From assembly GCA_964106915.2 (NCBI GenBank), contig OZ066919.1: a DNA stretch of 64,000 bases, one strand, 5' to 3'. Every line of letters starts with the position of its first letter. Within the stretch, counting starts at the first letter, position 1. The notes beneath the pieces were generated by a model. It saw only the letters and a program-made list of their open reading frames with translations. It was not told the DNA's origin and did not search any database. This stretch comes from Podarcis gaigeae (lineage: Eukaryota). Made by a program: the position numbers and the translations under genes. This document shows, in pieces, positions 38,234 through 51,707 of this stretch.

Positions 38234-38372
38234 GCACAAAAAAGAGAAGAAAAAGGATAAAGACAAGGAGAGAACCAGGGATGAACGCGAGAGGTCAACA
38301 AGCAAGAAGAAAAAAAGTAAAGACAAAGAGAAGGATCGAGAGAGAAAGTCAGAGAGTGACAAGGATGTCAAA
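38234..38372 (+). CDS. SRSF11: SRSF11 coding exon 11 (139 nt)
   Basis: HKKEKKKDKDKERTRDERERSTSKKKKSKDKEKDRERKSESDKDVK; TAG / GTATGC. Confidence 0.96.
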
Positions 38373-38490
38373 GTATGCTTTAAAAATCTGTTTTGTTTGT
38401 TTGTTTGTGCAATGCCCTACTTAATCCTAGAATCCCAAGAGCCTTTAAGCATGTCTTACATATTTTGCTTTGTGTTTTATCTTGGCAAAG

Positions 38491-38685
38491 CAGGTCACAA
38501 GGGATTATGATGAAGAAGAACAAGGCTATGATAGTGAAAAAGAGAAAAAGGAGGAGAAGGCAGCAGATTCTACTTCCCCAAAACATAGGGAGTCACCAGC
38601 CGAAAAAGGGAGCGGAGATACAACAAGGGAGTCCAAAGTCAATGGGGATGATCATCATGAAGAGGATATGGATATGAGTGACTGA
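38491..38685 (+). CDS. SRSF11: SRSF11 last coding exon (NAGNAG acceptor; alternative start 38494)
   Basis: (Q)VTRDYDEEEQGYDSEKEKKEE...KVNGDDHHEEDMDMSD*; TGA at 38683-38685. Confidence 0.96.
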   Translation, partial: QVTRDYDEEEQGYDSEKEKKEEKAADSTSPKHRESPAEKGSGDTTRESKVNGDDHHEEDMDMSD

Positions 38686-39788
38686 ATATTGCCTTGGCAG
38701 TGAAAACAGTTGCCGACATGCATCAGTGTCATTCCTGTGTGATTCCTTTATGCTGTACTTGTTTAACCTTTTAAGCTAGATGTACACAGCTGTAACTATA
38801 ACTGGTTGTAAAGCTCCTGATATTAAATAATTACATCAAAAGCTTTAGAGAAAGTGATGTCTGGGTTTCCATTCTTGTTATTGGCCAAACTGAATTGAGT
38901 AGCCCAGCAGTTCTTATTAAACTTGGTGCTGCTTTTTTCATTTTTGAGCAAAAAGCTGCATGCATCTTTGGCAGGCATGGACTGTTTGTGTTGTATGATC
39001 TTTTTAGTAAACCAGCTCACCTACAATAGTGTTTCTAGAGTTTGATTCATTTGCGGTAATAGAGCAAAATAGGGAATGCACTGGCTGCATGTTAACTGTG
39101 GCAAGAACATCCTCATCTCCTACAACATGGTGGATCTACTAAGGGTCTTAAATGTAGACAAAGAAACTAACATTAGCTTCATCTCGAAACAAACGTTCTG
39201 ATAGAGATAGATAACCTTTTTAGCCTTGTGGCTAAATCTTTTTGTTGTGGATTTGTTTGGCTTTGGCAAGGTTGAAATGCACTAGCCTTTTTTGATGCCC
39301 AATGTAAGGTGAACTTCGAGTCTAAATCCTTCTCAGGTGGTGTGTTTGATTTTTGACAACTTGGACTTCTTGAGATAGTAATGCAAAACTTCTGTAAGAC
39401 AGGAGGGAGTGAACCTTATGTAGTTAGTTCTTCATAACTTGCGTTTATTTCATTTTGTTTCTATGTGTAAAAACCCTGCAAAAAAGGATAGTGCATTTTA
39501 AAAAATTGAACTTCATGATAATTTTAAAACATGATGATTTTAAAACAAGTCTACTTGATAATGTACTTGATCACAAGTTGTATAAACTAATAAATTTGTG
39601 TTACAGTCACTGAAGTAGTAACCTTTTGCACACAGTGATTTCCTGTTATTATGCAAAGTAGTTGGGCAACCTCTTTTAGTTCTGGACGTTTTTGGAGCAT
39701 TTACTTTTGTGCTGGTAAAAACAAAAGTAGGCTACAGTCTGTGCCATGTTGATGTACAGTTTCTGAAATTGTTTTACAAGACTTTGAT

Positions 39789-39794
39789 AATAAA
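39789..39794 (+). terminator. Likely SRSF11 poly(A) signal; an upstream alternative AATAAA lies at 39589-39594
   Basis: AATAAA about 1.1 kb after the stop, with TGTA upstream and T/GT-rich sequence downstream. Confidence 0.65.
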
Positions 39795-40189
39795 ACCCTT
39801 AAATATACACTTGTATTTGTACTACAGTGTACATGTATCTATTTATGCTATTGACTTGTATGGCATTACCTCACTTGTCTCCTATTCACGTTTCCACTTT
39901 GGACCAGGCATAAACTGATGCATAACTCTGCTTCCAGGCATTTCCCACATTACTTTGGGAATGGGAGAACAAACAAAAAAAGTGTTACAGCAAGTCCTTA
40001 ACAGAGGAAATATACAATGTAGTCTAAAGCTTTCGTTATCACTGGAATGTCAACTCCTGTATTTCTATTTTTTTAAAGTGGGAAAATAAGGTAACATCCA
40101 AGTGCCATTCATTCTGAATGCCAATCTGTCAAAGAAAACTTGCTCTGATAACCAGTGGAGGCTGATAGAAGTTAAATGTTAGTAACCAT

Positions 40190-40314
40190 ATTGGGTGGGT
40201 AACCTGTGGCTATCTAAATGCTGTTGCACTCTCAACTCCCAGCAGTATAGCTGGTGGTTAGGATGATGGAAATCAGTCCAGCATCATGTGGAGAGTCACA
40301 GGTTAGCCATGCCT
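40190..40314. mobile_element. Short palindromic squamate MITE; related copies at about 5685-5795 and 55672-55808
   Basis: GGGTAACCTGTGG...CAACTCCCAGCA...GATGATGG...CACAGGTTAGCCATGCCTG. Confidence 0.6.
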
Positions 40315-41870
40315 GACCTACATTATTTGTTTGAATTTTATAAATTTAACACAAGTAGCATATGAAAAATGACATTTTTCCACAGGTGTTTTACAGTGAA
40401 AATTGCTATTTAGAATAACTTCTTAGAATTTATGGATATGTAACTTACTAAATAACTGTGAGGTATTTTCTCAATATAGTGAAGTATATAAAGAATGTCT
40501 CCCAGCCTTTTTTTTTCCTAGAAAAAATGTAACCTTACCCTCAGAAGATAATGAAGCGCTCTTGTCTTTAGATAGCTCCACTGATGAGTATGTGCTGGAA
40601 GTCTCGGTTAATTGTTGTGGTTATTTGTGACTATACAAAGCAATTCAAAAGCAATCCATTTATGCTGAGGTCTCAAAAGTAGATTGAAACTGTTTTGGTG
40701 CTCCTAAGGGCCAAACTAGATGATGCATTAAATGTGATTGTAGTTTCCCACCTTCCCAAGTTTTGTTTTTTGAAAAATAGCTATATGATGGGGAACTAGT
40801 CTAGAAATGCAGAGAGGAGATGCATAACATTTTCCCCAAACTGTGTGCACACAAAACACACAGCTGTTAAGGGTGGAAACTGCTGCTTTTCTCTGTCGAA
40901 CAGCTTAGGGGTCATCATTGGGTCTCCAATGCCTTTATTTATTTAGACATGCAAATATGATTCATTGTTTTTAAACGTCTATTTTGGCCCCTTGACGTGC
41001 TTGTGAAAAATGGAATAATAAAAAACCAAGTGACTCAAAACCTGCATATAGAAATAAGTGTGGCTCAGATGTAGACTGACTATATACTTCTGTAAAGCCG
41101 CATGCACACTGATGCAGCATTCCTGAAGCTGGTGTATCCTGAGCAAAGTTGCAAAACAGTCGTTTTTTGGCATTTCCCCGAGAATCAAAATGCATTCTGG
41201 TCTATGTCAAAGCTGACCTTCAATCCCGTATAGACCATGACCTCAAGTTATGACAGCAGTTATGATACAATCTCCTGAAACACATGGTAGCTGCTAATCC
41301 AGCACCATTCCACACAGGTGCTGAGAGGGAGGTCCTGGCGTATGCAGCTTGTCACCTCTTGGGCAACGTGAAAAGGGTGGCCATCACTGATCAACTTTTA
41401 GCCAGGTAGATGGTATGTGGAGATACTACCGTTTAACAAATAGGGCCTCCACATTTGTGCTGTGAGCTTGGAGGCAACACCATGAACTGAGCAATCTGCT
41501 ACTGTTCACAAACGAGCATTTTGTATCTAGGGGAATGCTTTGGAGGGATCTTTTACTTCGTAGGTCTGCTGAGGATATCTTGTTGAAATGAATTGGTTGG
41601 TTGTGCGATTTGAATTTCCTTGGTTCCCACGTTCTGTGCCAAAAGAGATCTTTCGTACCCATTTTTGAAGCTGTCGTCTTGAGTAGAATCCTGCTGAGGA
41701 GGAAAAAAAGCTCATGCTCCTTTACAAAGACTCTCCATGACTAGTCTCAAAAGGAAAGACTAAAGTGTCAATATAGTGTGCTGCTCAGCTGATTTCATCT
41801 TGATGAATATAAGGCTCACCCCATAAAGTTAGAGACTGAAAACAACAAAGATGCACTGAAAATTGAGGAT

Positions 41871-41876
41871 TTTATT
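41871..41876 (-). terminator. Likely distal ANKRD13C poly(A) signal (3' UTR about 3.8 kb)
   Basis: AATAAA on the minus strand followed by GT-rich TCTTTGTTGTTTT; ends an AT-rich, TE-poor stretch that starts at the stop codon. Confidence 0.55.
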
Positions 41877-44800
41877 GAAAAATTGACCAATAAAATGTCC
41901 TTGTGAAAGTGATACACTGTAACATCCTTTTTCTTTAGCCTTCCTCTAATAAGGAGGAAGTGTCCACACATGGTAGAATAGATTTCTGAAAATGTCCGTA
42001 TGTTCAGTCTCAAAAGCAAACAGCATCTTTTGGTCTTTATTCTAAGTGGTACAACCAAAAACACTATTAGTGAAGGTGAGTTTAGATTAGACAAAAGAAC
42101 ACATGAAATATATAAAAAAAGATGACATTAGGTTTTCACAATTATAAACTGTCAAAAGAAAATTTGCAGCATTATAGGAAGTTTGTTAATAAAGTTTAAA
42201 TAATGTAATTAACTTTTAATGAATCAAAATCAAGTATATATTTTAAAAATGAACTTTTTGAATATATTATGCTTCAACTTAAGGTAGGTTTCCAGCAGAG
42301 ATTTATATCCACAGTTGTACTATCTGATAAAAATTGCTAGGTATCCATCAATTGCAGTTTAAAACTTAAATAAGGAGACAAAACATCAGCTGCTTGGAAA
42401 GAAAGATTATTCCCTTTGCCACAAGTTAAAGCAATAATTTGGAAGACCAGTAAAACTGAGTTTGGTTAAGGAAGAGCTCAGGGGTTTCTTTTTAAAAAGA
42501 TCCCCTATTTATGCCTACCAATACACTTTGCTTGGTTTCTAAGAGGACATACGGTACTTCAGAGAAGTTTCAAAAGCCTCAAAGAAAAGTCAAGTTCATG
42601 TATACTTTTGCATCAGTCTAAAATATTTAGAATGCTACTTCCTTTACACTCTTGCTTCCCACAGATGTTATATCCAACAATGACCTATAAGCATGCAAGA
42701 GGCACTTAACCTATAATCTGGCCTCTTTCTGGTTCTTCTATTGCGATACTTTAGCACAGTTTGCATGAATGCTGCTTCACAATGCACCCCCCACCCTACT
42801 TTCCTAATTACCCTTGTGAGATAAAAAAATCCTTGAGAAAGATTCAAATGTTCTCCAGGACACAGTAATAATGCCCAACTGAAGTTCCTAGCTGTGACAC
42901 TGCTATGTCAGAAAATATAAGTGCTTAACTACTAAGTGCCAAATAATTTGGATTCATTTATCTCTACTCTTCTTTAATAACCAAGTATCAAAATCTCAGA
43001 TCCAAGACTTCCTAATCTAGCGGTAAACTTTTGGGAATATTACTGCGGGCATGGAGCTCCCTTTACTGAGGTGTTTTTTCCCCCAGAGTCAATGTACAAC
43101 ATTCCTATTGCATGGGTTGCTAAACTACCTGAATTGACATACCAGGAGCTTGATGCATACCAGAGATCTGCTTGTATATGCATCAGCTTGCAGACGGTTT
43201 GCCAGCAACAATGGGTGCTGCTTCTTCCTGAAAATCCACTACTGGAACAAAACTAAACTCCCTTTATGTAGCTACAATTTTTTTTAATGGGATGAAATAC
43301 AACATAAACTGAAATCTTTAAAGTAGGGGTGTAACAGAATAACATTGCTCCGAAATCACTTCTGACCTCCAAAATGGTGCAGCACCTCCACCCGGTTTAA
43401 GCCCTTCTTCACAGAAGGACACAAGGTTGTGACTTGAACAGCACAAAGTTCATTGTTTTTTGTTACCGTGAAAGGAGACCCACTTGCTAGACATTAGTCT
43501 GACAGTTCATGGGCTAACATTTATTTTTGTAGAACTCGATGAAAAACAACTTTGGCATTATTTATCCAGTAATTTTACATATATAGGAGATGACCAATTG
43601 CATATTTCCACAGTTTAGTGGCCATCACCTATCAAGCCCATACCATACACCATTCATTGGTGTGAGAACAGCATTGTAAATATCATTTTAAGCATCTCAG
43701 CTGTTTTATGAAATACTCCCAGGATGGGTAACATGAAGTGTCAAGCACCTTCAAATCCAATGTCTCCTACAGAAATTATCTGGCAGGGGAAACACCATGA
43801 TTTTTTTATATATATAAAAAATATTGACAAAACAGCTCTGCCTTCAAAGTTCCTATTCTATTTACAGGCAGACAATATCCTCTGACAGTGGATACTGGTA
43901 GTGAAATGGAACTTTCCACAATATGGCAGCTACAATGATATACTAAGCCAGCAGAAATGTCAGTCTTCACTGTCAACATCACTCAGGATTGAAGCTTTAA
44001 ACAAATTTACAGTATTTGTTGAATTGGGCCCAACATTTGGGCCCCTATTTTAGGTCATGAAGATTTTTTCTCTCGTGAGTTTCCCCTCTGCACACCGCAA
44101 CAGTACAAAGCTATAGGACTTGGGAATATGCTTGAAACCTTTTTCCTGGCAAAGGTTATGTGGCTCATGAGTCTGGTTTTACTGTGCACTGTGACTCACC
44201 TCGGCCCATTTGACATTCCAAGTTATCACCAGCACTGAGTGTGTTAACTAGCATGGTGGCTTAAGTCTGAAAGTGACTTGAGCAGTTTCCAAAAGAAGAA
44301 AAAAATGACTAGACTGCACAAAGAATATACCTTTGAAAATATTTACATTTCTGTACATTTACACATCACTGGAAGCTAATAAGCCTTGGAATACAAATGA
44401 ACATAGTACTGACAATTCTGGACACATTCTTTCCAGTAGAGCAAAAAAGGCTAGTTTCTCTTCAAGTTTCATACAGTGGAACCATATGAAGATTCTAATT
44501 TTTTTTATTAAAAAAACAACCCTTCTGAATAAAAATGAACATTCTTCTTTCTGTAGCTACCCATGCTGGAAATACCTTAATTATTCTTGTACTTTCATTT
44601 TTGTACACTCCATCCCCAATCTATTGCAATCCCTATTCACATCTAGGTTTGCACTTTGGGAAATGAAAGCGTAAACCAAGATTATTGTAGTAATATATTC
44701 AATATATTCCCAAATACTACTGGATAACAAATACAAGTTTATTAGGTTTGATGGGCAGCTTTTATGGCTCTGAGGAACCCAAAAGAATGTCAGCGATTCA

Positions 44801-45665
44801 ACCTGTGGGCTGTTTAATAATCTCCAAGCATGCTCTCCAACGAACACAGCAAGGACATTTCAACCAGCTTGGGTGGGGAGAGCAGAGGGGATATCTGCAG
44901 ATTTATATAAGATTAGTAACAACTTTCATTGGAGCAATGATAGGTTGCCGGGGGGGGGGGGGGTGGAGAATATGAATAGCACCACAATGAATTGCACTAA
45001 GGTGCTAAAGGAGGTACCTTATTCCCTGCAGAGTGAAGGCTCTAATTCTCAAACGTATTGCAGTAAATGAATGCAACTGTTTAAATGCTTACCATTTGGT
45101 TCATTCGTCTGCAGAAAATCAATTCCTTCTACTATATGCTCAATTTACTGAACAAATATTACAGAATTTACAATATATGAAAACAAAGCTTGAAGGAAGG
45201 TTATAAGAGCAGCTTAAGTAAGATGGGTATTTTAAAGGGCTAATAGCCAGGTAAGACATTTTAGTTCTTTATGCTAATGGTCCAAGGGTGCTTTTATTAC
45301 CGAGAAACGTAAAAAATTTAAGAACAAATTACAGTCCTTATAGCTGTTATGTAAGTTTTCAGGGGGGGGCAGGGGGAACTTACTGAGGTGCCAGGCTATC
45401 ATGCTTGCAGGTCTGGATGTATAAATGCATGTGACACAGCAGGAGACCAGCTTTTGTTTAGACACTAGGTGGATGCTTGCTATATGGTACAACTGACTGA
45501 GATTCACGGTGTGTTCCCTTTCTGGTTTCATTTTAGCGAGTTCTGTCCCTTCGTACTTCACCCACTTTTAGACAGATGTCTGTGGGCTACCTGCATCCTC
45601 TCTCTCCCGTCTCCTTGTGGCATGCTGGTATTTTCTTTTTATTTACTGCTAACTTTCCAGTTAAG

Positions 45666-45796
45666 TTAGAGATCAGGAAAGCGGCTAGGGTCCTCCTTGT
45701 AGTCATCAGGAATAGTGAAGATTGATTCATCAAACTCATCATAGCGAAACTCCTGAAAAGTCACAGTGGCTGTGATGGTTGGAAATACAGGTATAT
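45666..45796 (-). CDS. ANKRD13C: ANKRD13C last coding exon (exon 13)
   Basis: DIPVFPTITATVTFQEFRYDEFDESIFTIPDDYKEDPSRFPDL*; TAG acceptor. Confidence 0.97.
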
Positions 45797-46863
45797 CTAG
45801 GAAGAACAGAGCAAAGGATTGGGAGGTTAGAAAAGGCACAATGCACAATGGAAAAGGGCATTTCTGTGGCAGAAAAGGATTCACCAGCCACTTGCTCAAC
45901 TTCCTGGTAATTTGGCTGGAACAGCGTGTCAGAGGAGGGGTTGGAGGCAGAGTTTCTGGAGGGATATATGTAAATTGTTTTTAACTTATTGTAAAGTAGC
46001 TTGAGATTGCTTGCCCTAAAGGGCAGAGTGAAAATATATTTTTAAAAATCTTCATTGCGCAACTCTGTTCACACTTCTAGCAAATACTTGCACTCCTCCC
46101 TGTTCTCATTTGTTAAGAAAAGAGCACAATGTTAGCCTCCAACCATGTTAAAGCACTGACAAACTCGGTGTAACTCTGTACCATCATAACCTGGGCAAAT
46201 CCCTGGGCAATGACTGTGTCAGTTCTGTGTTTTCTATGACACCCGGTAAGCTTCTGCAGAAACTTTGGGTAGCAGGCAGACAAATTTTGTTCACGAGGGC
46301 TGACGTCTTGAAACTGAATCATTGCTTGTGGTGTATGTTCATCCCATTTTTGGATTTTGGATAAATAGTTCTGCAGGTTTTTGTATATTTGGGGAAACCT
46401 ACTAGCCTGCTTTATCAGAGGGGACAAGGCCCTAAGATATTAAACCTGTCTTGTGAAATGCTGACTGTCTCCAGCCTTACTCTATTGCCGCACTTCTCAT
46501 TGGCCAAAATAGTTTTGAAGTAAGACTATGAAGAAAACAAGTGATTTTCATGAGAGACTATGGGCATGCAGAAAAGGGTTAATCCCCCTTCCATATACAC
46601 TGTATCTCCAAATGCTAAATGTGTTTCCTACGTTGCCTACTCATGCAATAACTTCACTTTCTATTATTGTGTACTTTCCACTCAGTACACTATGAAATGG
46701 CATGCTAGTTTCACTCCAGCATCTGACTATCTTCCTGCTAAAGCCTGAGTGACAGCCCACTGCATTTCTCACCACAAAGATTAAAAGGTTTTTCAATACA
46801 ATCAATGTTTTTGGCAGACCAGACAGTCCCTTTTAATTGATGAAATACACTTCGACAGCTCAC

Positions 46864-46964
46864 CTAACTTTACAGGAAAACCCGGTGGTAGTTTCATCTG
46901 CACAAACTCCCGCAGTTTGTTAAAGTGCTTGAAGGGTGCAATTACTTCTAAAACATTCAATAAC
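46864..46964 (-). CDS. ANKRD13C: ANKRD13C exon 12 (101 nt)
   Basis: LLNVLEVIAPFKHFNKLREFVQMKLPPGFPVKL; CAG / GTGAGC. Confidence 0.97.
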
Positions 46965-48223
46965 CTGGGGGGGGGGAACACACACATGTAACAATTTCAT
47001 CTCTTAGCAGCTTTAGGATTTACCCACACACTCCTAATCAGTGCACTGTAAGAAAAAGAGGTGTCATCTCAGTAAATCACTGCAAACTGAGCCAAGACAC
47101 ATGCCGAGGGAAAGACGCTATTGTTCATGGCCACTGAATCAAATCAAGTAATTACGCTGAACCATTTTTGTTAGCACAGTGCAGGTTAAGCAAGAGTAAG
47201 CTAAATAGTCCGGCATAACCTTGGTCCAATGCAGCTCAGAGACAGTCACAACTGAGCATTCAAACTGCAGCGAGCTTCACATGACTTGGTAGGAGGATTT
47301 CCAGATTGTTTCTCCTTTGGGTAAAACTGAGTTTTAGCACTCATTTATTTTATGTTAGGTGAGTTTTAAATCTCAGGATTTCAATAGGTTTCGAAACTTA
47401 AACTTATTAAGAACTCCGGTAGTAAAGCGTCAAGCTTAAAACAAGCTTCCTTTTGAATCGTAACAGGAAAAATATTCCAAAATTCCAGTTTAGGAACTTT
47501 TCTTTATAGATGTTGGAAAACTTCCCATCAGGGCACACAAATAATAAAAGATCTAGAAAAGCATCACACTTCAAAAACTAGACATTTCCAAGTCACTATA
47601 TATTCCGAATATCTCTCATTAATTTTTTTCACATCATCTCCTCCACATCATCTATGTAAGTGGCTAACTTATTCAGATCATAAGTAGAGTGAATGTACTA
47701 GTATGGGTACACTGCTGAAAGGCTTCAAAACCCAACATGTTGCTTACAAGGCCTCCAGTGCCCATTCTTGCAGGGGTTCATTATCTTCCATAACTTCAAC
47801 CCCACCCTTACGATTCCTATTCCTTGTCCCACAATCCTCCTAGCCAAAGTTCAACCTCCTTCACCCCAGATTTTTCTTCTACTTGAAAAAGTTGCCAAAA
47901 CATGGAAAGCTCTTTGGCTCTTAGATGCAGAATAAATCATACACACTTCATTTTTTTATATAGATTTAAGAACAGAATACAGAGGACTTGAGACATCTGG
48001 ATAAAATCTGAGAACTTTACATTTAAGAATATTGGAGAAACTACAAAAGAATTGGATCATTGTAGAGGTGAACCTATGGCAGGCAACATGTTTTCCCATT
48101 TATTCTATGACAATGTATTATACTGCAGTCTTTGGAACAAGCAAAATTTTATACATATCGGCGTATTTTAGCTAAATCACATGCCCTTTCACAAACTTTT
48201 GTAGTGGACAGTTTGAGACTTAC

Positions 48224-48322
48224 GATTCAATTCCTAGAGGAAATTCTTGGCTCATGGCTATTGTGGCTTTAAATGTTTTCTTGCTTTCTTTGCAGACCAG
48301 TTCCCTACCCAAATGAGGTGCT
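48224..48322 (-). CDS. ANKRD13C: ANKRD13C exon 11 (99 nt)
   Basis: APHLGRELVCKESKKTFKATIAMSQEFPLGIE; TAG / GTAAGT. Confidence 0.96.
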
Positions 48323-50523
48323 CTAAGTTAAAGAAAATAAAAATTAAAACCTCCCTAGAGACATAATTTATAAAAACAATAAGAAATTGGAATGCATTTC
48401 TCTTGTGCAGGAAAACAAGTTGACAGAAGTTGTTTAATGATGCCTGGAAGAGTTCAGATAGCAAAAACTGCCCAAGCGGGCAAGCTGCCCAGGCACTAAC
48501 AGATTAAAGCAACTGAATAGAAGTCTGTAGAAAAGAGAAAAATATAAATACACATACACACTTTGGCCGGATGATTTCACAAAGTTAAGAATCTAGGACT
48601 AGGATCTAAAAAGCTATTCAGATGAGCCCAAGGGGAATTTGTCTTTGGACTTTGAAGAGCAAACCCTCATACCGTTTCAAAAACATTTTGCAATTGTGGC
48701 ATGTAGCCCAATGGTCATGATAACTAGTTTAACAGTTCTTTCCATACTGGCCATGGGACACTAAAATGGAAATAGTGTGGAAGCCTTAAAAAGGGGGGGG
48801 GGGGGAGAGAAGGAATAGATACCAGCATGTTACTTTCTAATTTCTGTGATTAAACAACTTCTGCTGGACCAATGTGTAAATATGGAAGAAATTCATACTG
48901 AAACAGACTGTCTTCCTTGAGTGCAATTTTGTTTAGAAACTTGGAACTGTTCTTTAATATTTACATTTAAACTTGTACATTTGGGATTGGCTCTAGAGTT
49001 ATCTTTCCACAAAGAGAAGGGCTCCCTCAAATCTTGGAAGGAAGTGAGATCCAGCAAAAAGTCTCATTAGACTTCACTCTTCCTCATGAAGCCCACAGTG
49101 CCCAGTCCCGTGGTGGGATAATGTTTGGGTGTCTCCCACTCTCCACAGCACCTTCCCATGGGGCTGTGGGAGGGTGGGAGGAACTGGCAAAAATGCCTCC
49201 CCCATCCTCTCCAATTGGAGATGCTGCTGGAAAGCTGGAGGTAACCCTCTGAATAGTGTTAAGAAAGATATCACATTCCAAAATTTACAAGTAAGGACAT
49301 GCTGAGGCACCCGAAAAATATCCAGTCATCCAAAGCTCTCCAAGTTCATCAATATTAGTCAAGCCTTCATGACCATTTCACCCCAAACCCATTGAAGTCC
49401 AAAATGAAGAGACCACTTCTGATTTGGTCAAGCATGTGAAAAAGTAAAAACTACGAGGCATATATAATCAGTTTAAGATGTCATTAAAACAAAGACAATA
49501 TCATGAGTTGAGGGTTAAACAGCAGTGTTGTCACAGTTAAAATCTAGGATGAAAAAGCCTTTGATTTGATGCCACTTATACTGACCAAATTAGAGATAGC
49601 TGCTTTAGCTCTAGTAATGACAATAGGATTATGTGCATGGAATAGGAGTTTCATTCAACAGCATTCTGACATGCACATCCCAGTCTATACACATTATCAA
49701 ATCATCCTTCAAAAGCTGTTTGCTATAGGGTGCGGAACGCTGCTTTTCACGAAACCATTTGGAGCTCAGGAGTAGTTTCATGAATCTCTGGATAAGTAGA
49801 TCTTATCATACTACTTTTCTTCAAGATAAATCACACCAAATATAAAGGACATATCTGATTCCCATGAGAAAGGGACTGATTTTACACCATTGAAATCAAT
49901 GGGACGTAAACGCATTGGGGTCAGTCTGTACAATCTAAAACCTGTGTGTGCAACTTTAAGCAGACATTTCTATTTTCAAATTAATAAGGCTTTACTGCAG
50001 CAATAGGATTTCATATATTCATCTTTGTTCTCAATTCTATACTAAACATTTCAAATGAGTACCTATGAGGTGAGCCAGGGACAGCACCTTATGCAATAAA
50101 TTTGGATGCCATGGCTGGTTTCATAGATAATTAAATTTCACAGATGTGCACTTTTAAACCCCAATAAAGACCCAGAGCAGATGATATTTGATTCCTTCAT
50201 GCATTCTGATTGAAAAGATACTCTCATTGCAGAAACTGCTTGTATGCATCCAATGAAAATAAACTAATATATAAAACTAAATATACTGAAAAACACAATT
50301 TTAATAAAAAAGCTTGAAAAATAGAAGGTTTTGATTCCCTCTAATTATTATTTTATTTTTGTATTTATACGGCTGGCATCTGTCTTTCTCGGGAGACAAT
50401 GGAAAAGTGTGCCTTCAGGGGTGAAGGCATATTTATATAATGCTTATATCTTGCCTTTTCCCCAGACCAAGACTCAAGGCAGCTTGCAGATAATATAGGA
50501 AAAGCTAAAAACATAGTAGAGTA

Positions 50524-50749
50524 CAGTGGTACCTCGGGTTAAGTACTTAATTCGTTCCAGAGGTCCGTTCTTAACCTGAAACTGTTCTTAACCTGAAGCA
50601 CCACTTTAGCTAATGGGGCCTCCTGCTGCTGTCGCGCCACCGGAGCACGATTTCTGTTCTCATCCTGAAGCAAAGTTCTTAACCTGAAGCACTATTTCTG
50701 GGTTAGCGGAGTGTGTAACCTGAAGCGTATGTAACCTGAGGTACCACTG
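50524..50749. mobile_element. Tc1/mariner (pogo/Tigger-like) MITE
   Basis: TIRs CAGTGGTACCTCGGGTTA / TAACCTGAGGTACCACTG; TA TSD; repeated TAACCTGAA motifs; same TIR family as 10198-10445. Confidence 0.9.
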
Positions 50750-50920
50750 TAATGCCAAATAAAATGCACATGTAGGATTTAACCCAGAAATTACAGGCAC
50801 TATGGGCTTCTGCTCGTGGAAGGGACCCTGATTCAGTCAAAACTCATGCCTGGTGAAAAGAAAAGGTAACATTCACCAGTTCCTCCTTCCCACTGAAGCC
50901 TGCAGCGCCACCTCCTAGAA

Positions 50921-51542
50921 CAGGGGTCAGCAAACTAAGACCCCTGAGCCAGATCAGGCCCCACTTGGGTCCTAAATCTGGCCTGTGCCGCAAAGCTGGA
51001 ACCCGCTACAAAGCCGAGACTCCCGGCGATGGTGGCGGTGGCTCTGCCCCTCAAACGCCTGGTTTACCTCAGCTGCGTTTGATTGGCAGAGACGCCCCCC
51101 GTGCCGCACTGAGGTAAACTAGGCACAGCGCTTGATTGGTAAAGCCTCCACCACTCGGCCTCTTCCTCTTATCGCCATCGCCGGGAATCTCGGCTTCGTG
51201 GCCGGTTCCGGCTTCGTGGCATGGCCTCTTACTCCTGCCACCGCCACCTGGTGCTCCTGTGGGCCAGAGAGCGGAGCGGACAAGCTCACTCTGCCTACCC
51301 ACGAGAAGCGATGGCGGGAAGGAGGACTACTTGCCCCCCTTGCTTCTTCTTCCAGCTCCCCCACCTCAGGTGCTGCTTCTCCGGCCCGCCACAAGGTCTG
51401 AGGGACAGTGGACCAGCCCACAGCTAAGGACCTCCTGGGCGACATTTCACAGGGCACAGGGAAAGAAGGAATCGGTGAAAAATAATCTCCCTCCTCCCAG
51501 TGGAGTGTCTCGTGAAAAGAACTCAATTCATGCCAAGCCCTG
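50921..51542. mobile_element. GC-rich hAT-like non-autonomous element with an internal palindrome
   Basis: Starts CAGGGGTCAGCAAACT, probably ends GCCAAGCCCTG; inverted arms at 50987-51035 and 51172-51220; TSD not resolved. Confidence 0.55.
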
Positions 51543-51627
51543 ATCCAACCCATTATGTTTTGAAAACGACATTAAGTATATACATAGCAGCAGCTATATA
51601 CACACACTATATGTATTTAATACTCAC

Positions 51628-51707
51628 TTTCCATTTTCAGCAGATATGTACTCCTCCCATGTAATTGTGTTTGGTGGAGGTGGAGTAAGAGACTGCCTCC
51701 TGACAGG
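51628..51707 (-). CDS. ANKRD13C: ANKRD13C exon 10 (80 nt)
   Basis: PVRRQSLTPPPPNTITWEEYISAENG; CAG / GTGAGT. Confidence 0.96.

Noticed and set aside
51069-51553. Cluster of 68-144 aa ORFs on both strands
   Set aside because: Lies in a GC-rich non-autonomous transposon and has no transposase motifs.
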